Assembly: GCA_000320545.1 (NCBI GenBank)
Contig: ADNK01001573.1
Span: 38,118-102,117 of the forward strand
Origin: Bigelowiella natans CCMP2755
Taxonomy: Eukaryota > Protista > Cercozoa
Direction: 5' to 3'
Length of the DNA stretch: 64,000 nt
The notes under the pieces were generated by a model. The model was given only the letters and a program-made list of their open reading frames with translations. It had not been told where the DNA came from and made no database searches. A program made the translations under genes and the position numbers. Positions within the stretch are counted from its first letter, which is position 1. Every line of letters starts with the position of its first letter. Below are positions 39,185-53,579 of the stretch, piece by piece.

Positions 39185-39668
39185 ACTACATTTGTATATT
39201 AGGGCCGCCCAAGATCCAGCTAAAATGGAAGCTTTGCGTGTAAAGTATCATCTTGCTGTGAAGGATCTAGAGGTAGTAATAACAGCATTAAAACGAGTAC
39301 TCATACTGTTTTTCCAATATGATGAAGAAATGATGCTGATCTATTGTTTAAAAAACCCTTTTAGAACAAGCTGGAAAGAGCGCTACACGAGAGGAATAGA
39401 ATGAAGAACATCCTGCAAAAACACCATAAAAATGGAACAACTTCAAAATCGTAATAAGAATAATAACAACAATAATAATAATAGTAATTATGAATAATAC
39501 CTGAAAATGATCATCATCATCGTAACGTCTGTTTCTATAGAAACACAGAAAAAGGAATATGTGTTTGGTAATAATAAGGCTCATTATTATTTATTGACAT
39601 GTCAGATCTTCAGTGCTGCATATGAAGAAGTTGGAAGACAAACTCAAGACTGTCAATGCAAAGGTAGC

Positions 39669-39705
<37 letters not shown>

Positions 39706-40908
39706 GTGACTGCTATTGTCTTCATAATGAGGCACTATACCTACCATATTACCAGGTCAAATCATTGACAGATAGCATCAGCGATCAACGTCGCAAGCTA
39801 AATCACGCTGAGAAACAACGCAAAGTCAGTATTACTGCCACTGCAGACGAAGAAGAAGAAGAAAGCTGAGAAGGAGAAGATAGCGATAGTAGTGTTAGTA
39901 TTCCAAAGTGGTAATATTGTCCACATTCTCTGTTTATTTCTCTCTCTGTTGTTAGCTTGCGGAGAGGCTGAAGAAGGAACTTGCAGATGCAAAACGCAAC
40001 AAAGTTTCTCTTGCACACAAGTAATGATAAGATAATAATAATCATCATTATATTGAGCAGTAGTGGTAGTGATATCAAAGGTGTCATCATCTCATGCATC
40101 TATCCTTCCATCCATCCATCACTCATTCAATCGATTTGGGAGAAACTATTCAAATTGCTTGTTGATGACTGTCGTCTTCGTGCTATAATGTTAATGGTGA
40201 CCACGGTGCTATGCCTAATCGTCGTTTGATACGTTAGAATGCGCTCAGCGGAGGAGCGTTGGCGCATTGAGAGGAAAAATGCGAAGCGACAGCTCTCAGT
40301 GTTGCAGAAGCAGGTGATGGTGGCCAATTCACATGATCTGTGGAACATATATATATATATATATTTATTTATTTATTTATATTTATATATTATTATCAAT
40401 ATTCTCTTAGAAAAATAAACAAGGAAAGCAATTGTCCAAAGTGCAGGCTGAGAAGAACCGCAAGGTATTAATGTTGCTGCTGCTGCTACTCTGTAAATAA
40501 ATTAGAATAATATGATCCAATAGTTGATCGAGGCGCATTTAGAGAGATATAAGCGCAGTAGTCTTTATCGACTGCAGTTGTCTTATGGCTATAAAATTGT
40601 TCCTTCTCAGGAGAATATGTTATTGAGGAAGAATGAGAAACTATCAGCACTTCAGAAACGTATGAGGTTGCTTCTTTTGATCGATAGATATATAGATGTT
40701 GTATGTAGTAGTAGATATTGCACAGGATGCAAGAAGACGCATTGTCATTACATATAACATGTAATTAGTCACCCTATTATTGGGTATTGCTAATACATTA
40801 GGTTGATGATGAAGAAGCAAAAAAATGCTGATAATATGCGTAACGAATCTATCAAGGTCAAGCACCGCAGTGTGTATGTCAGGATGATACGATTAGTAGT
40901 CGTGTACT

Positions 40909-40948
<40 letters not shown>

Positions 40949-41281
40949 TGTGTGTGTACAAATGGAAGAGTGGGAAAGCCCTGTCAAAGTGTGTTCGCAC
41001 TCGCCAGTGCTAACGATATTATTGCATTTTACAATCACCAGCGACAACGGCGAAGAATGCTACATGGGAGGTCAGTTGAGGAGTGGCTTCAGCATGAGAC
41101 AACGGTATGATGGTGTCCAATGTGATGTGTTGGTGCACATATGTGTGTGTGTGTGTGTGTGTGTGTGTATTAACAACGAGTCGTATTATAACTGTCTTCT
41201 GCTGCTTGTATTAGGCATATCTTGTTCATAAGAAAGAGAGGGAGAACAGACTCGGAAGGCTCTTCGAGAAGCGCAAGGTAG

Positions 41282-41318
<37 letters not shown>

Positions 41319-42366
41319 AAGTGCAATCTTATAATCGTATTAATATTGTTATGATTATTATTTAAGCCATGATGTTACTTCAAGAACATGGTGGTTTTCT
41401 CACATACGTGCTTACTAAGTATGCCCTGTAATTTTATGATGATGCTCAGGAGTATAGCTTGGAGGCGAAGAAGCTCTCACAAACAGACCCGCAACGCAGG
41501 TAACAATGATAATGATGATTATGAAGTGGGGCTGTCGGTGCTGTTGTTCGGAATGCTCGCAATGCAGAGGTGTAGGTAGGCGATGTGATTCATCAAGTCT
41601 TTGAATTGAGGATGTTGTTGTTGTGTGTTTGTTATCATTGGCCTACCACTACTACTACTACCACTTTCGAAGGAGGTTGGAGCAGCGTATTCGTAATCTG
41701 AGCAGGCGTATCAGTGAACTGCAAACTTCTAACCTCAATGATCATTCAAGAGCACTTGGAGGAGGAGGAGGAGGAGCAGGGGGAGGACCAATTGCAGACC
41801 CGGTTGATGTTACTGTTATTGTTGTTGTTGTTGTTGTTTCCAAAGCTTGTATTCCTTTGAACCCCCCCCTCTTTATTTGTGTTAGTGTGTGATTATTTGA
41901 TAGAAAAGACATAGTTTTTCACCCGTTGTCTTCTGTGCTATTGTTGATACCCTCCTCCCAACCCCTCTTCCCCCCCTTCCTCTTGTCATTAGATCCATAA
42001 CTTCTTGCCCAACGACACGGAGGAGGACGTCAAACGTGCATTCTTCTGGATGTTTGATCAAATGACGTCAGCGCTAACCGATCTGCAAGCACGGAAATCA
42101 AAGTCATCGAAGAAGAAGAAGAATTGGACAAACGCTACAAGTAGTAAGAACGAAACCAAAGCTGCCAAATCAGAAGCAGATAGGAGAAAAAGGAGGCGTG
42201 GGCAATACCATCACCAACAAGGCGGCGAAGATGGTGATGAGTCAGATTCCGACTCTGCCAGCGAGGAAGAGGACGATGAGCAAAGTCGTGGAAGAATCAT
42301 CACCACTATTTTAGATAATATCTTCAGCAAAAATAATTGGATTTTAATGAGAATGAACAAAAACTG

Positions 42367-42411
<45 letters not shown>

Positions 42412-43297
42412 GTACATGTATGTATACAGTACACTGATTTTGTATTCTCTTGTAGTTTGGGAGGAAGAATCTGACAACGACAGCGAGATTGAAGAAAGGG
42501 AAAGAGAGGTAGTAGTAGTAGTAGCAGTAGTAGCAGTAGTAGTAGTGCATTACGTTTTATCTTGCAGATGATAGCAATATATACTTATGTGTGTGTGTGT
42601 GTGTGTATGTGCTGCTATGCTATCTTTTTCGCGTTTCTAAATGAAAAAGTAGTCCAAAAACAACAACAAATAACTTGACTTTGTTCGTGCTTAGAGAGAC
42701 CCAGACTGGAGGGAGACTCCTGTCGCTAAAGTTAGAAGGAGATCCAAAACATCAGCAACGTCATCTTCTGTCAAAAACTCTGCCAAGAGCGTCAAGGTAT
42801 TCTTCTTGTTCAACTACTACTTACTGTTGTGTAAGGAGAGGAGGATATTATGATGACACTTTGTTTGAGAGCAATGATGCTACTGTTATTGCCTCACTCT
42901 TATGAGCTTGATTATAGCACGATATGATGAATCGTACGACGGCCTTTAATCATTTAATGCTTCTATGTATGATGTTTGTTCTTGTATGTTTAGCCTTTAC
43001 GTGCTGTGGTAGATCTAACTGCCTCGGTTTCATCGGCATCATCAAGAAGACGAAGATCTTCAGTCAGTAGCGCCTCCTCAGCGGTAACAAATAGCAGTCG
43101 TTCATCTACTAGCGGGACAACAACAACCAACGCTACTACTCAAAGTGATGATGCAATTCCCCTCTCGCCTCAAGTATTGCTGGAAGCTCTGATGAAAGCG
43201 AAGGTGAAGCTAACCGTGAAAGACCTCAAACGTGAATTGGAGTTTCGTTCTCTGCCCAAGAAGGGGCGGAAGAGCGATCTTGTCGAGCGGTAATGAG

Positions 43298-43334
<37 letters not shown>

Positions 43335-44557
43335 CGAGTAATAGAGAGGAGGGGGGAAGGCAGCCAATACCTGATAATCGCACTAGTGGTCAGATAATAG
43401 TATAAATAAATTCCCCCCCCCCCCCCCTCCCCCACCATCTCCTCAGTAAATAGTTACTTTCATTCAGTTTGTCGACGCTGTTGTCTCTGATTGCGTGTTG
43501 TTCGTTTCTGTTTGCTTTGATGGCTCTCTTGGTATCTTGATTCTATAATATCCAGTCTCTTGCAAAGCGTACGCACAGAGTTGGGCATTTACCCTGTCCG
43601 GGAGAGTGATGAAGATAAACAGCAAGATGCTTCTGAGAAGAAGGAAGGATCGGAAGATGTAGCAGCACCAACGTCATCGCTCGAAAAGCTATCATCTGGA
43701 GCAAGGAAGGAGAATGTTAATGGCGTTGTAGAAAAAACGAGTAATTCTTCCGAAACAGCAGTGGTAGCAGCAGCCCAGAAATCGACGACTACTCCCAATT
43801 GGCACGCTTATAACTGGGTAATAGTAGTAGTACTGCTGCTTGCTCATTAATTTGTTGTCGCAAGAATGATGAATTGAAATTGTAATTATCTTGTTTATCG
43901 CTTCCTCTTCGTTGTTTAGAACACTGCCTCAAAGACTCCGCACATTCCCTCGTTTGGCCCAGCATCAACTCCCTTGTCTTCTCAATCCCAGCAGCAGGAT
44001 CATGATAACAGCGTTAAGAACGACAAAGCAGCTGATGCGGCAGCAGCAACAACAACATCAGCTACTGCTAATGTAACTCCCAATGACACCGTTCTGGAGT
44101 TGGAATGGCAGCGTATCAATGCTTCGCTCTCTGCAAACTCCCTTGAAAGGAAAGCACAGAAGAAGAAGGTGGAAACAGGAGGAGGAGCAAAGAAACAGTC
44201 AAAGAACAATGCTGGTAAGAAGAGACGAAAGGAGAAGAATAGGAAGAAGAGGGAGGAGGAGGAGGAGGACATAAATGGCCAGCACAGAGTTTGCATACTA
44301 CCTAATTTTTTTGTGAAACTATGACTTTTGTACGCCTGATGATGTTGTTGTCGTCGTTGTGTTTGTTAACAGGAGAAGAGCCGTTTCGATTCCATCATCA
44401 ACAACAACATCGCAAACTCGGGAAACCATTGCGAGTTGGAGCACGAGGAGGGAAGAATAGCGGTGATTCAGGGCTGGTAAATAAGCTCGGAAAGCCAAAA
44501 CGTAGGGCATTATTCAACATCAGCAATGAATTTCGACAGAATAAGGCTTCTAGCTAG
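33890..44557 (+). CDS. Kinesin-4-like (KIF4/KIF21/KIF27-type chromokinesin) with coiled coil, C-terminal SAP domain and D-box; highly multi-exon
   Basis: MDTKASVK|[27 protein letters not shown]|SGKTFTMG (P-loop), SYLE|[19 protein letters not shown]|[18 protein letters not shown]|[46 protein letters not shown]|[18 protein letters not shown] domain [27 protein letters not shown] (~43210-43290). Ends [18 protein letters not shown]. Confidence 0.93.
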
Positions 44558-45230
44558 CTGCTCAGTAGTCAGTTGCTATGAATGATGACATAGCAAGTAT
44601 ATAACAGGATTTGCAAAGTATTCTTACATGAATTCATACAAAAATAAGAAGAAGGTTTATAACTCCTCGAACGGTGTTTCACGTCTGCGCCATGCATGCA
44701 TGCACACATCGACTTCATAATGGTCATGCTAGCATGGCAAGGGGTCAACGAGATGTGCTACACGTACCGAGTCAAGACTGACAAATATGCACGCAAAGCT
44801 TTCATGCATGCTCTAGCTAGCTAGCTAGCTCTAGAGCATTCTCTAGTTCTGGCAGCGCGTGCTAGCGTGATCTAGCTAGCTAGTGATGGAAGCGCTCTGG
44901 CTAGCTAGCCTAGCTAAACGAACTGACTAGCTAGTAGATAGAGATGTGCGGATTATTCATTTGCGTAGTTACATCTAACATGCAACACGTGCTAGTTTGG
45001 CCTAGTAGCTAGCTAGCAGCTACCTCCGATAACTATAGATAAATTAGTAATAATAACAATTTCTTTCATCTTCAGATTTTCATCAATGAACACTAGATCA
45101 CTACAAGCTAGCAAGCTAGCGAGAGCTAATACAAATATACTAGTCTAGTAGTAAACTAGCTAGCTAGCTCTAGAGCTAGATAGACGCATGCTAGCTAGTA
45201 CGCTAGCTACAGCTAGCTAGTACATACGTG
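44550..45230. repeat. Palindrome-rich island 5 (convergent gene junction)
   Basis: ctctagctagctagctagctctagagc and many ctagctag words; the island abuts the stop codons of both flanking genes. Confidence 0.8.
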
Positions 45231-46176
45231 TTGATGACGGTCGTTTTGTAATTGTGCTATATCATTGTAGAGTACAGCCATTGCCTTTGTTTCTGCTGCT
45301 TTGGGGTCGTCGACGAGTGTCTGTACCTTCAGCAATGCCGCTAGCCTTCGCCCCTGCCTTCGTTGAAGTGCGAAATCCATGACCTGTAAATACAGAAGCA
45401 TACATGTACAGTAGGGAATATGCATGTGCAGTTACACGAACTATACTCATCAGATGATGAAATCATTCAGTCATTAAGGATTTATGATAGAGCTAGAGAA
45501 GGGTACAGAGTGCCGCAGTAGCTTACAGTATATCCTCTACTAGTCTATTAAGTAAACACTGCTCTTTCATGCCACCTTCCACGCACACTTGCTCCACAGC
45601 ATCTCTAGTTTCGCTAACAACCCGCCGATTTGCATTCTCAGCCTCCTTTAATAGTTTTTTAACCTGTGAGAAACAAAGGCATCATATTGTGTGTTCCTTA
45701 TATATACATCATCATTGACACTTAATGGGGAAGATGTTGACGCTCATTATGATATTCTTTAGGGAGCACACCTCATTATCCATGCGCTTCTCATCTTCCT
45801 TCATAGCGACATCATTAGTGTGATCATCCATAGCTTGCTCCAAACGAGCTAGATCCAAAGCTTGAGCCACCTGAAGAAGAAGAAGAAGAAGAAAAAGAAG
45901 AAGAGGGAGGAGGTGCGAAGTATTATAATACGACTCATCAATCGCTACGACAGGTACTTGAGCATTTTGTATGGCTTTGCAGTCACGTTAGGACGGCCCA
46001 GAGTAATAAGAGTGGTTAGGAAGAAGAAGGTAACTAAATAGCAAAATTACAATATTATCCGCTGCTTCCTCACTGTCGTCAGAAATCTCGTCTTCCAGAT
46101 AGTGGTTTGCTGCTGCTCCCCTAGCGATAGAGGAATGTCCATCAGCGCTTGCTTGTGCGCTTGGTGGGTCGGACAT
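45213..46176 (-). CDS. Hypothetical helical protein (4 exons)
   Basis: Exons bounded by GT/AG: MSDPPSAQ...EEAADNI|VAQALDLARLEQAMDD...MDNE|VKKLLKEAENANRR...LVEDIL|VMDFALQRRQGRRLAALLK...HVCTS*. Confidence 0.7.
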
Positions 46177-46178
46177 AC

Positions 46179-46222
<44 letters not shown>

Positions 46223-46640
46223 GCATATAGAGAGTGAGAAATAGGGAGAGAGAGAGAGAGGGGGGGAGAGAGAGGGGAGGAGTGTGCGTTCAAATGTATT
46301 TTCTCGCATCCGAATAATAGCGTCCTTATAGCTTAGACGCCACGGGCGGTGTTAATGTTTTTACCTTCTCTCTATATTGACAGCGTCTTGTGCTACTTGT
46401 AGCATACGCTCTACTGCCTGATAAACAGAAAGATATGTGCTCATATCACGCAGCTTTGGAGACATAAAGTTTACATAAAATCAATGGAGGTTGTCGATAC
46501 TATAGCTTATTGAGCTAATACGACTACTACTACTGCTACTACCTCTCTATCCGTAAGCGGCTTGTGAGGTTGGCCATTATCAGCATTATTATCGAATTGG
46601 TTAGCTGTTACGTACACAGCAGCAGTAGTGGTAGCAGTTG

Positions 46641-46851
46641 TTGTTGTAGCAGTAGCATTAGTGTGCAAGATCTTTCAACAGGGAATAGTAGTTATTGTTG
46701 TAGCAGTAGCATTAGTGTGCAAGATCTCTCAACAGGGAATAGTAGTTATTGTTGTAGCAGTAGCATTAGTGTGCAAGATCTCTCAACAGGGAATAGTAGT
46801 TATTGTTGTAGCAGTAGCATTAGTGTGCAAGATCTTTCAACAGGGAATAGT
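46641..46851. repeat. Minisatellite, 54-bp unit x ~4
   Basis: Unit tgttgtagcagtagcattagtgtgcaagatct(t/c)tcaacagggaatagtagttat repeated head-to-tail with no spacers. Confidence 0.9.
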
Positions 46852-47782
46852 AGAGGAGGGCAGATACTGAAATTACATTTTTTATCTTTTACACCGCTCC
46901 GACCCATGAGAGCCTTGTACCTTTCTTCTAGGGTTCCCTAAAATAAGTAGCAATTGCAGCTTGTTTGTTATGTGCTAATGGAGAGAATATTGATATTTCG
47001 CCTTACTATGTTCTTGGTCTCCACGTTCTTCTTTTTGTTGTTCCCCGAGCTATGCTCATCTAGCCTTTGAAGTCTCTTTAATAGATCACTCTGCAATGAC
47101 GTATACGAGGCGATAAGAAACCTCATCAACTTTCATAACATCATACAGTAGCATTTTTGAATAGGAGAAGGAGGCACATACTTCCTCCGTAAGATGATCC
47201 CGACCTAGTATGATGATGATACTGATGACGATGACGATGATGATGATAGAATGTGATTACAAAATAACCATAAAGTTGCACAGGAAACTACCACTCCTCC
47301 CTCTTTCTCTGTCCCCACCACCATCGTTTTCGGCTGCTTCCATTCCGAGCACAGCGAGCTGTCTTCGTATGAGGATGAAAGAATCCGCACAATACAAGCT
47401 TGTCGCACCATAAAAATCGCATAGAAAATATTGCTTTATATCCCGATTCCAGGAGAACTTAGGTTCATCTGCAAAAGATTATCACAGAGCATACCATTGG
47501 GACGACAATAGTTTTTCATTATAAATTGTGGAGATCGTGAGCCTGGATCGCGAATTTTCGTCTGCGACAACACCAAGGAATTGCGTTTTCGCAGAAATAG
47601 GATCCCCCCCTCCCAGGCCGAAACGATGGCTACGTCCAATACCCTGGGTAAGAAGCGAGTGGTTTGAGAAGGAGAGAAATCGACCCTGCAAATCATGCAT
47701 TGCGCTTTAGCATGGAAATTTACAACGATGATAAGAGTGAGTGAGGGGGATTGGTGTGGTGGTGATGATTGATACAGGGACG

Positions 47783-50700
47783 ATGCTACGTAGCCTGCCT
47801 CGTTTCTCATCAAGGCTTCGAAGAAGGGCTGACATGTTTATGCCCCTGAGTTCCAACTTCCGCACCCGCCCTTTTTCGTCTGAGGCGGCAGATGCCACTG
47901 AAGATGAGTACGGCAAGTAAGTAGAATCATCGCATTTGATGACGACTGATGGGTCATATCATCACTCCCAAGAAGTCCAAGCAGTTAGATCGCACACATC
48001 ATGCTAATTGACCAATCAATGAATAAATTACAGGATGGATTCAGACGGCAAATCGTATATCTTTGACGAATTCACGTACGACCAAAAACTAGTGGGCGCA
48101 TAGGATAGTGCAAGAAGACTTTTTGTAACTGAATAAGGCTGAGAATTTTCACACTGATCGCCTCCCCTCGCCTCCCCACATGTACGTAACTATATAGACT
48201 TGAATCAGGGACTGTTCTAAAACAGGCAGAAATTCGATACAAGGTGTAGAGGATGATAACAGAGAAAAATATATAAGTTATTATTAAGATGTGTTGCGAT
48301 TATTCACTCCTCCTCGCTACTGAACCATCAGACATTCGGAGAACTTAACGAGAAGGGGGACAACTGTGTACTAGTATTTCATGCTCTTACGGGGAATGCA
48401 GCGGTAGTAAAATCACAAACTTCTTGTAGTGTTAGGCTCTTCTGCCTTTTATGTAAGAAGAGGAAAAGATGGGGGAGGATTTGTGGCGATGATGATGATG
48501 ATGATGATGATGATGATAATGATGATGATGATATAGAATCGACATGTGCTTATGGTATATGAAACTAATGAATAACAATGAAAAGGAAACGCTGTTCACC
48601 ATCATCGTAATGTCTCATTTCTTATAGTAATCATAATTATTATCCTTGTCATTGGACCCACACCCTATCATTACTCTACTTGACTACGAAGTAACAACAA
48701 CAACAACAACAACAACAACAACCACCAGGTGGATGAATGGTGGGCGCCGCTCCTTGGAGAAGGGAAGCTGTTCGACACATCTAAATATATGGTAATGTCA
48801 ATCATTACCTGATGGATGAGGCTGCCGATGGTGATAACGAATGGTGATGGTATGATGATGATGGTGATGATGATGTACTATCCAGGTGTTCTGTGCGAAT
48901 ATCCTCGGCTCATGTTACGGATCAACAGGTAGTGCTACTAGTAGTATATAACAGCGATATACAGCAACAGCAGCAGCAGCAGCAGCAGTAGTGTCTATTT
49001 GCTGGGAACAACCTCATGCTCACATTCACACCTATCAGATGCTACCTAGACGACACCATTGCGTTGTATGTGGGGCTACTTATTGCACTCTACAAACTCT
49101 GTTCTTCGATAACACAACACTTGAATTATTACTCCCCCACCTACTTGCAGGACCGAATGATATCAATCCAGGGACGCAGGTGGAGGGAAGAGAAAAAGAG
49201 GAAGAGAAAGAGGATGATGATAATAATGATGATGATGATGATCATGAGGAGGGGGGGATAGGGGATATGCGTGAGGAACTCCAAATCTGCTGCACAAGTT
49301 TGATCATTCACAGCGATACGACATTCATTGGAAGAGGGAAGATAACGATTATTGATGAGGATGACTACATTTGTTGCGTTTTATCGTCCATCATGATATT
49401 GAACAACAGTATACCTAGATAAACTAACTTATATCACTGCAATCCAACAGACTGAGAACCCCTCCCCTCCTTATTCTTTCCTCCTCTTTGTACTCACAAA
49501 AAAGGAGCGATACGGCATGGAATTCCCCCCTGTCACTGTCAGAGATTCAGTCAGGTTTGCTTTTTATAACATGGAGGAGGAGGAGGAGGAGGAGGAGGAG
49601 GAGGAGTAAAGAAGAAGAAAGAAGAAGAAAGCAATGAGCAACAACATGATGCCTCTCTTTTCTTCATGATATAATAGTCCTTCCTTACCCAACTATTGCC
49701 CCCCCCTCGCTTACACAATGGTTAGATCTCAAAAGGCCATATTGGATTCTCTAGGTGTCAATCATATCAGGTAGTAGTGGTAGTAGTATTCCAAGCAACA
49801 TCTACTACGCGTCAGCAAAAGAGCATATTTATTTAATACTCCTAATTGCATTGCATGCAGCACCAACAACAAAAACTACTACCACTATTACTATTACTAC
49901 TACCACTACTACTACTATGCACAACATCATCATGATCATCATCAAAAACTACAACAACAACAAGCAACAAGAAGAAAAGCAAAAGTAACTATTTACTCTC
50001 AACGATGCTGCAAGAACACGCCGAACCTAAACACATTTAACATCTATGAACATGGTCTCCCATTATTATCGTGTTATTTGCCGTATTCTTCGTCTCCCAT
50101 TGCCCTTCTCACACTTTCTCTGCTACCCCCTCCTGCGATTGAATCTACAATTCAGATTCGCTATGGGAGGCAGCTTGGGGGGTAGGTTCTTGAAATATCT
50201 CAACAACATTGATAATCATACATATCCGCACGCATGCTAAGTATGTGTATAATAATCGTTTCTAATGATCTCGGTCAAAAAGGAATGAATTCCGTGAAGG
50301 CTTTAAGATAGGAACAATAATTTATTTAGTAATGTCATTGATAGCTCATCTTGTTTGGCCGCCTCCTCTTGTGCTCTTTCCCCTTTCTTATGTTAAAGCG
50401 CTCTATTGACACTGCGTGTGTGGTTTTTCTTGTTATTATTCTTCTTGTTCTCTTCTTCAGGCATGCTGACGTTAGAATGGGGATTGGAATGTGAGTTGGA
50501 GAATGAATAGATCTAGCAACATGATGATGATAATAATGATGATAATGGTGCTAGTGATGATGATGATAATAACGACGATGAGAATGATTTCATGGATGGA
50601 AAAAGAAGAAGAAGAAGAAGAAGAAGATTAAGAAGGATAAGTAGTTTATAAAAAAATAAAAAAGAGAGAAAGCAAAGTTGCACAAAGGCATAGACGCACA

Positions 50701-51951
50701 ATTACTATCTATCTATGATTCATATGGATGATCCACCTTTTGGCCTCTTCATCGATTCATCGTGATTTTATGTGTGAATTAGACGGCGACACCGTTGATA
50801 GCCTTGTCGTGATGGCCTGTGGTGCAAGAGAGACTGCATGGCAAATTGCCATTAACGAAACACAGCGCCAGGCTATTTTTAGAGATCCTAATTGGGAGGA
50901 CGGAAAGGGCAAGGTGAGGAATAATATGATAAAGTTAACGAAGACAGCAGCAGAAATACCATCAATGTTTTTATGTTGGAACATCACAGCTTTACTCTTT
51001 ATTATTATGATGATATCATTATTATTATCATTATCACCATCGTTATGTTTGTATCATAACAACTTAGGCTTACGGAGGACTTGGATTGGCACGTCAAATA
51101 GCGATGGTTTCTTACCGCAGCCATGCGGTAGTAAAGCAACAGCAAATGGATGATAATATATCAAAAGAAGAAGAGGAAGATGAAGAAAACGAAGGAAGAG
51201 AAAAGAAGGAAGAGAAAAAAGCCAAAACACATATTATAAGCAATATGATTTGCCAATTCCTTCGCTAATAAGTGTATGGGTGTTGTTGCATAATTACGGC
51301 TACATAGAGAAACTGATATAGTAACCATACTACTCTTTCAATTACACCGCACACGTGAGATGTCGTCGTCATCATCATCGTCATCATCATCATCATCATC
51401 ACTATCATTATCATCAACATCATCAGTTATTGACGGTCATTATGATTAGGCGTACAATAAGAAATTCGGCAGGAAACTCACAAAGGAAATGGTTGGTTCA
51501 GCCTTTTGATATACCAGCCAATTCAACTTATCCTCCTCTTTCCACCAATCGCCCTTCTTCACATACATTTTTTTCTTCTCTGTATCTCGTCGCTATCATC
51601 ACTAGAGATCGAGTTTATGTTCCACATCCTCCTCCTCCTCCTCCATGAAAATTATCCATCATCATCATCATCATCATCGAAATCATCATCACCATCATCA
51701 TCAACGATACTCTTCATCATTGTCATTATCATAAAAAATGATCTCATATACCAATTTCGTACATCATAGGAGGCCGAATATGGCGATGCAGACTCAGCCA
51801 TACTGAATGGAAAAGTGCCTCATTACAACGTGGAAGGCTATTTGGCTTATCAGGTGAGCAGTAGAAGTTATAGTAGTAGCAGCAGCAGCAGCAGCGGGTA
51901 ATACCCGCTATTTACTTCTTCCATTCTTCGTGTTATTTAGCAGATGCAAAA

Positions 51952-52005
<54 letters not shown>

Positions 52006-52088
52006 GTGTGTGTGTGCGTGTGTGTGTGTGTGTGTTTTGCTCCCCTCTTCCCCCCTCCCTTTGTCCAGGATCTCTGTGCGCTACTATT

Positions 52089-52130
<42 letters not shown>

Positions 52131-52304
52131 TTCTCGCTCACTCTCTTTCCTTTCTCTATCCCCTTCTCTTGTCATTGTTCTGATTCTCTCTGCTTCTTCT
52201 TCTTCTTCTTCTTCTTTTTCTTCTTCTTCTTCTTCTTCACCTACTACTAATCGGTAGGATCATAAGTTTCTCTCAAGATTTGACGCAGCGTCTTATGTTC
52301 GATG

Positions 52305-52337
<33 letters not shown>

Positions 52338-53463
52338 CGCTACTACTTTGTGCTGTTGTTTGTCATTGCTACTGCTGCTACGAAGAGAAGCAGCTAAGAC
52401 CGACAAGGATGACGGAGGAATAGTCTCCTTGATTAGTTTATCAAATACGATAAGTTGTATGACTGCTGTTTGTTCTTCTTCTTCCTCTTCTTCCTCTTCA
52501 TCGTCATCATTAGGTATGGGAACTCTCGATTCTCACGATGTGGTAGTTAAGCATGGTTTGCAGTAGAAATAGAGCACACCGCTCTACTGTAACAACCGTT
52601 ATAGATCAGAAGCTGCATATTGCACACATTATCTCTACTAGAACACACACACACACACACACATCTCACAAAAGTTAATAATACCCTCGAAGTCACGACT
52701 CATCTTGATCGGAGAAGGTACCGTCATAAATCTCTCTTTTACCTCATTTTCTCTCATCACTAGGGACGCTCACGAGGAGGGATCGAAAGTGCGCTGAAAT
52801 CGCTAAAAATGCCAACTCTTGTTATCGGTAGTAAAACAAACTTTCTAATAAAATACAAACGATTATATATCTGTAAAAAGCGTTCTTCATATTTCATGAA
52901 GAAATTGCGCTTGCGAAATTCAATGATAACTGCGAAAGACAGGCTATTTGATGCTGAGCGTCTTTTCTCATCTAGGTTTCGATAGTGACAACCTGTATCC
53001 GGTGTCGGAGCAGAAAGAATTGGCTGCGCTTATTCCTGATTCTGAGGTTGCTGATGTGCAATTACATCCATATGTGAGAATACCCTATCGCTGTTTGCTA
53101 GTTAGCAGCAAATAGCTCATTATTATGCATATTTTGGTAAAGGGTTGCAAACATCACAACAAGTAATAATTTGTGTGCTGCTTATTGGCTGTTGGGCAAT
53201 TTAGCTTGCAATACTCTCCTCGGATGCTGGGCATGACGCATTTCTCCTAGAATATGAGGTTAACGAAAACCAGAGATGATTGATCTATAGCCTCATTAGC
53301 ATTATTGTTGATGTCTCCGCGTGCACCTTCGTTGTTGATGATGATGATGAAAAATATCGTCTGGCTATATTCCACCCCTCCTTCACCATGTAAATGATGT
53401 TCATAGGCAACACAGAAGGCGTGCTGGGAATTCTTCGACAAACATCATCCAAACCAAATATAG
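47783..53463 (+). CDS. MET2: Homoserine O-acetyltransferase (MetX/MET2 family, alpha/beta hydrolase) with N-terminal organellar (mitochondrial-like) presequence, multi-exon
   Basis: MLRSLPRFSSRLRRR..., FTLESG..., TFGELNEKGDNCVLVFHALTGNA, WWAPLLGEGKLFDTSKY|VFCANILGSCYGSTG, FPPVTVRDSVR, GGSLGG|M (nucleophile Ser), GLGLARQIAMVSYRS, RFDAASY, DSDNLYP (Asp) and GHDAFLLE (His); stop 53461-53463. Confidence 0.92.
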
Positions 53464-53579
53464 CAACAAGAACTTAGTTTGCTGAACGACAAACGCAAAT
53501 TGTTCGAAGTAGGTAACTTGTCGTTGATTCCCGACGTTGCAAAACAGAGCATAAAGTGTTAATATTGAGCCTGCTGGCC

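Noticed and set aside
46641-46851. Possible CRISPR-like array
   Set aside because: Units are contiguous near-identical repeats without unique spacers, the context is eukaryotic, and there are no cas genes.
47783-53463. Serine O-succinyl/acetyltransferase (Cys2-like) assignment for the MetX-family gene
   Set aside because: The HALTG and GGSLGG motifs fit the homoserine-acylating subgroup better; acetyl vs succinyl donor cannot be proven from sequence.
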